Assembly (NCBI GenBank): GCA_046563655.1 | Contig: CM102290.1 | Span: 1,116,001-1,180,000 of the forward strand | Direction: 5' to 3' | DNA length: 64,000 nucleotides | From: Yuukianura sp. NJ FZ-2021 | Taxonomy: Eukaryota | Part shown: piece after piece, positions 27,082 through 37,751 of the stretch | How the letters are laid out: each line of letters starts with the position of its first letter | Numbering within the stretch: the first letter of the stretch is position 1 | The notes under the pieces: generated by a model | Told to the model about the DNA's origin: nothing | The model's input: the letters and a program-made list of their open reading frames with translations, nothing else | Databases searched by the model: none | Position numbers and translations under genes: made by a program

Positions 27082-30000
27082 CTACGGCCTCTGGAATTTG
27101 CCGAGTGCATGGAGTCCACACTGAGCCGTTTGGAATTGTTCATTATGTCGAATCCATTTATTTGACACCCATTTATCACCATAGAGAACAGGACAGGCTC
27201 CATGCCTTGTGTTCTCATCTCCAGTGCCGGATCGATCCAAATTCCACCAAAAGGCTGCGGCTCCTTTCGTTGGCCACAGAGTGATTCCGGAACGCGGAAA
27301 CACCGTCGCCCCACCCTCAACATTAGACAACTGGAAACAGATCAGGTTCCACTTAGTGGTGAAAGTTAGGTTGTCTATGGACACTGACGGATGCAAAATG
27401 TGGACCACTTACGTAGATCATTAGTGTTGCAATTCGGTCTCCCACGAAATGTTCCCAGGGTGAGTACACGTCTGGATTTGGATTATTCATCAAGTGGTCT
27501 GTGTGTGGGACGTAGAGGCCTCCAAGACCGTAGTTTGCAATCTAGTGTTTATTTTTCAAAACATTTCAAAATTTGATTTTTTTCAAACATTTAGAAGCTT
27601 CCTCCCAAGGTTCCTTGACAACCAAATTGTATACTCTACAACAGGTTGCTCAATAACTCGGGGTTTTCAAAAATCTTGGTGGAAACACTTTTTTGAACCA
27701 ATTCCCTACCATACAAAGGCACGGCGAAGACAGTTTTGTAAATTATTTAACAAAATTATGGTTAAATAATTGAGTTATTGAATAACCTGTTGTAGAAATC
27801 AACAATCTGGTTGTTTACCAACCTTGCTTTCTCCGGATTAGTCCATTTAGAGAGTTAAAGTTATTGCTGACCTGGTAGTCTTCTGCTTCCTTGGGTTGAG
27901 ATGCCTTAAGTCCTGTGACCAACTGTACTCTCTGCGTGAGCACTTCCATTAAGGGGTCTTCGTTTTCCTTAATCCAGGCACTGAAAATTCATCAATTATT
28001 TTAATCATGCATTTCAAGTTGAACCAATTAAAACACAAAAATGCATTGGAAGTGCAAAGCGTGAGGTGTGAACGGCAAGAGTGCTCACTTTTTGCTTGTT
28101 CGAATATTGCTTTTGATAAAGGTCCCATTTCGTGTTCCGTGCATCGAGGAATAGAGCTACAATATTTGAATTTTTTAAAATTAGTTTTCCAGAAAACTTT
28201 GCATTGAACATGCGTGGTAGTGATTTATAGCTGCTGATTCCCTCATTTACTAAAGAAAGCTAAGCGACCCTTCGCATTTACAGCATTGGTGCGAATTGTA
28301 AAAAAGAAAGGCGACCCAATAGATGTTGAAATCCTTTTTCAAGAATATTAACTCAAGAATATTTTTGTTCAAGAATATTAACATTAGGCTCAACCTGAAG
28401 TCTATGTGCAATGTGAAAGTGTTTTGAAGGGATTGTTGCAATACTAACTTTTGGCTAATTCTTTTCTGACTAACGATGTCTTGCTTTCCATTTTTATGAT
28501 GCCTATGTCTGGAACGAGACAACTGAAAAGTTTGGATTTTTAGAAAAAAAATTAATACGACAATCTGCTTAGATTTTGAGATCCTCATTTCAAAACAAAG
28601 AATGAAATAATGCTGGGAATAGAAATAATCGTTTGTGTTTAAACTCACTTTTGGTTTACCCAAAGCGATCATGCGATCCGCCTGCGCAGGCGTCACAAAC
28701 TCATGGATCATAACGACGTAAGGATCTCGTGACTGTTCTTCAATCTGCAAAATGAAATATTACAGACTTAAGAATAAAATTGTTGGTTTAATTTTTGACT
28801 ATTTTTTTGTTATTCCTCGCTTTAGCGTGATCTGTAAATAAGTTTTTATTTGGTTAGGCAAAAGAATTTGTTTTTTTCTCTGTTATTTTTAACTAAAAAA
28901 AGCTTTCTCCAAGTCTAGTTCCAAAAAATTGCAGGGGAGCCCCTTTGCCTTCAGGTTTAAGTTTTTGGAGGCAAATATACGAAGATCGGTTGCTCCACTC
29001 CAACGTAGAAATGTAAATAGAAGAAGAAAAGTATTCCGTCAAATTTTTAATTTTTTCAATTAAACATAATTCACTGTTATATAAAGAACTTCAATTTATA
29101 CAGTTGTGTAACTGAGCTTTACCTTTAGAGGTGATATCCTTAAGTACCCCGAACCGTCAGATTTAAGTCGACACTTTAGGTTAGATTCGATTTCCATTCC
29201 CTGAAAGCGAAACATTTTGGTTTACTAATCAATAATATGGAAAACAATCTAAGCTAAATTTTAATGTTTTACCCGCAGCTTTTCTCCTCGGCAAAGACGA
29301 ATGTAGTGCTCAATCTCTTCGTCCTCCGTTTGTCTCTGGTACAGTTTAGGAACAAAGTCATTTCGGCGTGAAGCCTTGTACTTGTCATTTTTGGCAAGTT
29401 CTGGATTAATTGGAACCGGATTGGTTTTCCAAGCTACGCCGCGTGGGCCTTGACGCTCCAAAATATCATCATGCTGAAACAAAAAGAAGCGGTATAAAAT
29501 TAAAACACAGTTTCGCATACCGTTTCACGTTAAATTATGCATATGAAGAACTAAATTAGAAAATTCAAAAGTTTACCACTTCAATGGCTGATCGTAGTGA
29601 AGGAACAATTTCTTCTAGAATTCCACTGGAGTTGCTCTCGCTTGCAGCCAAAGATTTGGCTGTTCTCAGCCATTCAATAGCTCTATGGTAAAGGCCTTGA
29701 GAGAAAGCATGTTTTCCCAGAAACAACATGTCGCGAGCCGTCAGTCCAAAATTACCAGCAAACTCTACAGAAGGAAAAAGAAGCAATGCAGTTTTTTTAA
29801 AAAAATTCTTCGGTAAAACGTTTCTCAAATTTAAAAAGTTAACTATACTCAACAGCACAAAGTGGATGAAACCCTAAAAAGTACAGCGTTTTTGTTCTAC
29901 AATTTTTAGAGTATAACTTAACATAAAAAGACAAATTTAAATTATTTGAATTTGATATTTCAAAGAAAGATTACTTTTGAGACGCTTGAAACGTGTAAAC

Positions 30001-33000
30001 TTGAAAATAAGCGTTGCTTCGTCTAGTTTTATAAAAAAAAAAGTTACAAAAGAGTCAGAGTGACCTGGAAGCTCAGCGGATCGTGACATATGGATCAAAG
30101 CGTTCTGGTCCTTAGGACTATGCATATGTTTAATTCTTCATTAAAAGGCTAAGTCGTTCCTGGTGGATGGATGAGCAACGATGGATTACCTAATCCACGG
30201 TTTTCAATCTTTCCCAAAATCACGGTCGCCACCTCTCCAAATAGAGTTCACATTGGGAAAAACACATAAGAGGTTAGCACCTATCCAAACCCCCACTTTA
30301 CTTTTTCCTAACACCTTCATTATCCGTCTACGTTCGTTGAGCACCTAACTGTAGCTCCAACCATCAAAAGGCTCATCGCCTTTTAAGTTCCGTAAACAGT
30401 TCAAAACTTTTTTGACGAAATAAAAGATTTTAATCGGGTTTGGCATTTTAAATTTCGCAAAATTCGGTTTTTACAAACAAAAAAAGCGGAAATTCTGATA
30501 GAGTTTGTCACATTTCTGGCGACTAGATATTGTTCAAAAAGCATTCGTATAAGTTTTACTTATAAGAAATAAGCATTGTTCTATCACTCAGTGCCGCAAA
30601 AATGCAAGTAAAACGAATGCAATGTTCCTGATGTGCAAAGCGGAAACCGTGCGTAATGCTTAATGTGTCAGGAACTTATTAGATTCCTTTGGATTGGATG
30701 ATTCTTAATCAGGCATAAGATTTGCAAGAAGCGTTTACTAAATGTGCAGAAGTAAACGCTGGTTTTCACTACAGGGAGTGTCAATTGCGAAAAAGTGAAA
30801 TCACAAATTCGGCATGGTTCATTCACAGTTAATGAAGAAGTTACAATGCGTTTTCAATTTTTCAATTTTTTTCAAAGAACGTTTTCGTTTGTTACACATG
30901 ATGAAATAGCGTCACGAAATAAACAAAATATGCGTCGTAATGTTGCAACAACATTGACGTTCGAATCTGCCCAGAATAGTTAAAGACATCTGAATTGTCA
31001 CAATTGACTAAAATTTGAAGCAGTTAGGTTTCAAATTTCATAGAAAATTTATGTCTTTACAAAATTACAACAAAAGATTTCGTGGCATTTCGAAAATTAG
31101 ACACGATTTTTTTTTAGCGTGGCAACCTCCAAAATCCATTTCGCAACAGTGAAATTTTTCAACATTTTCTGTATTTTGCAAAACACTGACTTAAAAAAAT
31201 TGAATCTCCAGTAGGTCCTATCCTGACGGATTTGATCCAATTTGCGCCAAATAAAAAAAAACAAAGAGAAAAGATGGAAGATCTGCGTGTTTCTAACCCT
31301 TCTCTTGAGATGTCATTTGTTTGGGCACTTTGATATTCCCAGTTGCAAAGGAATTAATCCTGAGCTGGTATGTGTCTTGCAACCGAACAATTGCTTGAGC
31401 TGCTCCATTGAGATCTTCAAGACGCGGAAAGTTATTTCCATCTCTGTAGGACTCGACCCATGTAAAAACACCTAGACAAAAGAAAAAGAGATATTTTATG
31501 CAAAGAATAACAGGGACTATCTGACACTTGACAATAAATGGGTGTTGTTCGTTAAAACAGTTTTAGAAACTGTTTCTTTTGGCATTATTGCAAGAGCGGA
31601 TCACCTCAAATCTAGAAATCAGCAATCATTCCTCCCATTTCGCAAATCCTCAACAATTTCAAACTTTATAGTCATTAGTCAAACTATGCAAAGGATTTTT
31701 CCCGCTCTACAGCCCTTTCTTAAAAAGAATGCTTCCATTTGTATTTGTAAATTTGCAATGGAAATAAACTTGGAACAATCGAAAATCATCTAAGTGCTCA
31801 CGCCAGGGATGCTAGGCTTTCAATAAAGATTCTTAATGGGTTTGGTCGGGCAAAACACTAAACTTTGAAAAGGAGAATTTTGCTAACAAGACGAACAGTC
31901 CCCAGTATAAATTGGCCCATGTCTAATATTGGCACGTTGGGCAATGACAGGAGGTTGGGTTTTTACAATTTGCAAATTGCAAAGATTGGAATGAGGGATG
32001 GATGAGCTGCTCTGATGCAACACAGTGTGCATCTCCTTGTCCTAAATTATTCTAAGTTCTCACGACTGTCTTCGCGAGATGTTTAAAATACTTTTTTTTT
32101 AAACTATTTTAAAATAAGTATTAAAAAAGTGCAGTTGAATTGGACTTGTCACAAATCAACAATGAAATTGTAATTCGAGAAAGTCCATTTTTGAAACTCA
32201 CAGATCTTTTTCTCTTCACTTGTTCAATAAGCACACACTGTTCCCCTTACGAATCAATTGGAATTGATGATGCTGAGTTTAGAAGTGGTTGGGATGCGGA
32301 TTTTGACTATGATTAGCATCTTCCTAGTTGGGAATTGGGAATTGATGAGTACCAAAGGAGAGAGTTGGTCTAACGTAAGTGGTGTACAAGTGAAAGGGAC
32401 TTCTCAAGTACTAGAAAATAATTAAACCGTGGATATGTAAACCTACGCGTCAAGGAACATCTTCATTAGACGCAAAACAACAAACAATCAACACTTGTTT
32501 TTCCAATTAACCAGTTTAACTAGAAACGGTTGTAAATTCTCCACAATGAAGTTTTTAGCCCGAAAGCTTCGGATTTCATCGAATGCGGTAACTCGGTATG
32601 TTTTATATTTCAAATTAACCTATCTTTTAAAATTTAAATAAATAAATACTTTTCAACTTTTGAAAGTCAAGTGTTGCATAAGTAAATTCTTGAGGATACT
32701 ACGTGTGAAGAAATGTAGTGCCACTTTTGTTGTCAGTAAATGAAGATGCGCATGAGCAGACACTTTGGGCAATCAAATAAATTTGGCTGGTCAGGTGGCA
32801 TGAATCCTGAAATTGTGATTAGTCAGCTAAAGGAGACTACGACCAATATGCTTTTGAGAATTGTGAAATGACCGACATTTCGGATTTTTAACCTGCATTG
32901 AATTGCTGCGTTGTCATTCCACATACACAGACTCTCTAAGGTTTTAAACTGTTGATGAGTCGTCGCCTTTGGACAATTGGAACTGTGAGATGTCTGTGTC

Positions 33001-34813
33001 TGGGTCAGTGTATAGACTCTTTCATCGTCCAAATGACTAATCGTCCATCAAATGTAATTAGCTTGAAACATTGCTTCGTCGTAGTTTGATGCTAGTCGAT
33101 TAAAGCAGCGCAGTGTTTCGTCAAAGTGGGACTTTCGCCCCACTGCTTCCGACATTGCTAAATTTCAGTGTCATTTCCATGTATGGCGTTGTATTCATCA
33201 CGCTCTTCCAATTGGAACTCCTTTCGAGACGGAAGCAAAAGAAGTTGGTCACTTCAACAATTGCGGCGTTTTCATTTGATTGCAAACGTTAAGTTAGGAT
33301 TTCAATCTAGCACGTTTTCAAACCCAGCAACTGCTGTTGGGCGTCATGTTCAAGAATTGCTAACAGAAGCAGAAGGTATGCTCGGACTTGTTCAAAATCA
33401 ACACTAAACAAAAAATCAAGTCCCTTCACAAGTTTTGTCACAATTGAAAAGCTGTGTAAATATTTAGGCTGTTTTAAAGAGTGTTTTTTTTTTCCAATTT
33501 TTGTCAAGAGCACATACAAAATGTAAACGGAACAGTACAGCTTGAATTATGTACTTGCGGTAAAAATTCGTTTTACGTGTCGTTTTCTGACACAAGGTTG
33601 CCGTTCACGGGTGAAGGGCTAAGGAAATGGCAGCAACTCCGCGAAATCTTCCATGTTCAACAGTGACGTGTGTGTCTGTCTTTACTGCTGTGTGATCCTA
33701 AATACTCGTATTATACCAGTTCCACTCTAAAGTGACATAACGGTACTTAAGTTGACTGATTTGGAACTGAAGTTCAGTTTAGAATTGTCAAGTAATGTAA
33801 AAATGTAAATATTAAACTAGAACCAGGATCCATACTTTAGCAAGTAGCGAAATTCTCTCAACTATTTGCGCCACTTGTTGACTGACATCGCACGCAAACG
33901 ACAAATGTGGCTCCCTTCTCAATGTTTTTTTTAAACGAACTTGAAAACAAACTTTTGACAAAAAAAAACTGTATACATTTTTAGCTAGTAGGTTTTCGGA
34001 AAGGGGAAAATTGAATTTTGAGTGTTGTAGAAAAGTTCAAGTTGCTCTACTTTCTTTGCTCATTTGGCGTCAGTTCCCTAATTAATCTGTATCATCATTT
34101 CTGTAAAACCGTGTACATTTCATTAAGATCAGGAGATCGTTATAAGGAAACATGATGGTGCTAAAATGAAATGTATTGTTGGTTACAGTTTAATGAAAGG
34201 AAAGCGGCAAAAGTTGAATTTAGGGAAAAATAAACCAAAAAGCTATCCAAACGTTTGGAAAGATGCGCTTTCATTGTTGCAATTTAAATTCGTGTAAAGC
34301 AAAAAAAAAAAAATCTGAACTTTTTTTCTGAAAATTTACCTTGACTATAATTGGCAATCCCATGAAGAGCGATATGGACATCTTCCCAATCTGCCGTTAG
34401 ACGACGGAGCAACAAGTAGGCATCAACTGGATGTGCTACGATGTTGTCACTAGTTTTTCCATTCATTAATAGTCGTTTCTGATCCTCAACATATCTGTGC
34501 TCAATTCCAAAATTTTGATATATAAAAAATATTATGTTTTAAAAGAAAAATTGAAAGAAAATTCTACTTACGATTTGATTGTTTGAGCTTTCTCGGCGAC
34601 ATAGTCTGCAAAAGTGTCCAGAAGATCCACAATCTGTAATTCATTCTCCACTACTTCTGCCAATTTCGAAGTAGAAGAAAATAAATCCTCGCGTTGATTT
34701 GGCATCACCGATTTTTCATCGAAACTGGAAGCAAGAGGTCCATTGTCTAAAATCACCGCCAGGCAAAGTATTTTCCAGATCAGGAACATCTTGCGAAGAA
34801 TACCGGATGTCAT
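27082..34813 (-). CDS. P4HA: Collagen prolyl 4-hydroxylase alpha subunit, 11 coding exons, ~564 aa (isoform with exon 28522-28449)
   Basis: Exons: 34813-34572, 34494-34340, 31471-31298, 29764-29577, 29473-29273, 29200-29123, 28744-28649, 28522-28449 (or alternative 28156-28089), 27980-27872, 27541-27413, 27330-27082; total 1695 nt. Has a signal-peptide-like N-terminus, HPVDAYLLLRRLTADW, EDLNGAAQAIVRLQDTY, ANYGLGGLYVPHTD (HxD), GDRIATLMIYLSNVEGGATVFP, TRHGACPVL and KWVSNKWI. Confidence 0.95.
27606..27826. mobile_element. P-element-type MITE in a P4HA intron
   Basis: Termini CAAGG...CCTTG with ~54-bp imperfect TIRs (core CTACAACAGGTT-(G/A)(C/T)-TCAATAACTC). Flanked by an 8-bp near-duplication, CTTCCTCC (27598-27605) / CTTTCTCC (27827-27834). 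Confidence 0.7.
28089..28156 (-). CDS. P4HA: Alternative (mutually exclusive) exon of the prolyl 4-hydroxylase alpha gene, LYSSMHGTRNGTFIKSNIRTSK(N)
   Basis: Acceptor tattgtag| and donor |gtgagc; 68 nt. Same phase 0 to 2 as the 74-nt exon 28522-28449, and the peptide is homologous to LSRSRHRHHKNGKQDIVSQKRISQ(N). Confidence 0.8.
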
Positions 34814-35182
34814 TCGGGAGAAATACTACGTTAAATTTGTAAGTTCTAAAAGTTATTGGGAGTACTGGACTGGGTACATTGTTACTTCTGTTGCCAATAA
34901 CAATGGGAGCTGATGAAGATGAGCCTACCTCCACTGACAGAGATGCAGAGATGAACTGACAGAAGGGAAGATGAAGAAAATAGCTCAAGAGCCAAAGGAG
35001 CTCTACACTTGAAACGTCTTCAGTTTAATTTGAACTCAGATTTAAAGTCTCACCTCGTCTGAAGGACTCTGCTCCCCAAATCCTGTCTTCATTTCAAATA
35101 GAAATTGACAAAGGGAGAGGTGGAGATAAATTAACTTATTTTATTTCGATAATTAAAGTCACGACAACACTTACGTTAGGTC

Positions 35183-35458
35183 CATGCCATCAGATCAGAA
35201 AAATTCGGTCAGCAGAAAAGAGGTAACGAGTATATTTAGGTAAGCAATAGGTAAGCGGAAGCACAAATTTATACCTAGGCTAGCTAACGTAAACAAACCT
35301 AACGTAAACTAACTTAAAATTAACTTAAATATCGCTTACCTAATTGTATTGCTTAACTAAATATGCTGCCTACCTGTTTCTGACTTGCCTCTTTTCTGCT
35401 TACCTCTTTTCTGCTTACCTCTTTTCTGCTGACCTAATTTTTCTTATCTAATGGCGTG
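35183..35458. mobile_element. MITE upstream of P4HA, between the divergent P4HA and TMEM170 genes
   Basis: ~44-bp imperfect TIR CA(T/C)GCCAT(C/T)AGAT(C/A)AGAAAAATT(C/A)GGTCAGCAGAAAAGAGGTAA, subterminal (CCTCTTTTCTGCTTA)n repeats and a central CTAAC tract. Confidence 0.65.
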
Positions 35459-36199
35459 CTTCGCTAACGTTTTTATTATGATAAGTCGAGTTGTAAAAGT
35501 TGTACAGCGGGTACATTATAATGGGGTTCAATGGGGTTGGCCCGAAATGTTCCGGGCAATGTCAGTTTTTACTATTTCGCAATGTTTTGTTGAATAATCT
35601 AATAGTTTAATATTGTATTTATAATAAGACATTTAAATTACATTAATATATTATTTTAAAGGGAAATAATTTGTAAACATAGGTTCGCAGTGAAAATTTT
35701 GGTGGCTGTAAGCATGTCAGTCGGCGTCGGATTGGTTGTTCACATGTGCCAAATTTAGAACTCCTACATCAGCTGTTTCAGGTTGTCAAAATCAAACATT
35801 CACAATTTCATAGATTGTTTCAAACATTGTTCAAACTAACAAGTAGCCTCGAGTAAAGTAACTTCGTTTGTATACAACATCATCTCCTGTGACACGTTCC
35901 GTTTGCAATTGCAGTACAAACTTTGACTATCGTCTTCGTCACCACGGACTGATGGATTGACCGTTTGTACTAATCGATTGACAACTTAAACATTCTAGCA
36001 TAAAAGGTAATATTACGATCGAAAAATCAAGGTTTTAGTAAATCTTAGGAAATATTAGCTAGCACGGCAATCCTTCATGCAACATGTTGTGTTTGTCTTG
36101 TACGTGGGAAAATTGTTAATAGTAATAGATTAATTGTGTAATTGACTACCTTTACCACGGTTCTTGTGTTTTGCCTTGTAGATTTCGGACTGAGGAACA

Positions 36200-37751
36200 A
36201 TGACAGAGTTGGATTCTGTGGCCAATGTCATTTGGTTCAACCAATCTGACCCCATCAATACATTTATTGGTAAGTTTTCATCGGTTTCATTAAGTATTTG
36301 AGTAGGTATTTCTGAAAGCGGCCAAAATCGAAAAAAAAATTTGCACCCCATGTCACCGATTTTTTTTAAATTTTGTATGTTGATAGTAACGGCCTAGAAA
36401 AATTTTTTCGTATGGTCAGATCCACCCAAAGGTCACCCCCGGATGGGGGGCAGAGGCTCAAAAGTACCAAAATGAGGTACCGTAGGTATCGCGCCATTCC
36501 TACAAATATCAACGGATTGACTTGGTTTCTTTTTTAAATGAAAGCTAAAGGATGCCCCCAGAGGTTGTTTTTTTCTCGTCGAGGTGGATGACCCAAGGGC
36601 CCCCCTGTGACCCCTTGAACTTGACCTATTCTGTAATGGGGCATGTAATAGCTCTATCGAAAGCTATTTTCATGCTGATTCAGAATATGTATATATATCC
36701 AGACGTATTTTGAACGGTTTGACCTATAGAGGTCATAGGATCCCCCTTTCGGCCATATAAGGCCTATGGAAAAACATGTGTTTTTCTTCTTAAAAATTCT
36801 ACTCCGTGACCTCCAGAGGTCAAACCGTTCAAAATACGTCTGGATATATATACATATTCTGAATCAGCATGAAAATAGCTTTCGATAGAGCTATTACATG
36901 CCCCATTACAGAATAGGTCAAGTTCAAGGGGTCACAGGGGGGCCCTGGGGTCATCCACCTCGACGAGAAAAAAACAACCTCTGGGGGCATCCTTTAGCTT
37001 TCATTTAAAAAAGAAACCAAGTCAATCCGTTGATATTTGTAGGAATGGCGCGATACCTACGGTACCTCATTTTGGTACTTTTGAGCCTCTGCCCCCCATC
37101 AGGGGGTGACCTTTGGGTGGATCTGACCATACGAAAAATTTTTTCTAGGCCGTTACTATCAACATACAAAATTTAAAAAAAATCGGTGTCATAGCGTGTT
37201 TTCGAGTTTGGCCGCTTTCAGAAAGAGTTACTCATTTTGATATTGTAGTTTTACTAACAACGGATTCGTTTGAACGATATGAAAAGTATTGAACGTGTTC
37301 TTTCTTATTTTCGCAGAAATTTGGTATCATATCTTCCTCTGGGCTTTTTTCTCCAGCCTGTTAGTACACTGTATTGCAGCTCTTATAGCCTTTGGTACCT
37401 TACGTAAACACCGAGTAGGCAGGTAAGTTGCTTAACAACAATGAATTAAGTTTTCAGTGTTTCACTTTCAACATTGCAAAATCGTTTTCTGAAATGTAAA
37501 AGTAGCAGTCTAGCAGTCTTTTTATTTAACTTTTGATTTCGTTTTATTTTAACAGGTTCTTTCCGCTGCTGATAATTCTAATGGGTATTCTTACGCCATG
37601 TACTTCTGGTCTTGTGACCAGTGCCATAATCGCTTTCGTTTATCGAGCATCAACTTTAGAAATTATTCCGTTTTATGCCTTCCTGTATGGTACGGGACAA
37701 ACTGCTATGGTAGCTGCCTTCTCGTTTACCAGGATACTTGCAACATTATAA
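36200..37751 (+). CDS. TMEM170: Transmembrane protein 170, 3 coding exons, 123 aa
   Basis: Exons 36200-36269, 37317-37422, 37556-37751 (372 nt). Translation MTELDSVANVIWFNQSDPINTFIEIWYHIFLWAFFSSLLVH...TLRKHRVGRFF...TSAIIAFVYRA...GTGQT...SFTRILATL* matches the TMEM170 family pattern. Confidence 0.92.
36300..37233. mobile_element. Non-autonomous foldback DNA transposon with Sola-like termini in TMEM170 intron
   Basis: Arms ~36300-36735 and ~36807-37233 are inverted copies, near-perfect over the inner ~385 bp, with a ~70-bp spacer. Termini GAG...CTC; 4-bp flanking duplication ATTT (36296-36299 / 37234-37237). Confidence 0.85.

Noticed and set aside
28250..28750. 166-aa ORF as a single exon
   Set aside because: It runs through two P4HA exons and AT-rich introns with clear GT-AG sites; only 28744-28649 and 28522-28449 are P4H-like.
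33307..33410. Possible extra P4HA exon after a tttgtttag acceptor
   Set aside because: In the required phase it hits a stop within 15 codons, and the flanking exons already join into a complete P4HA N-domain.
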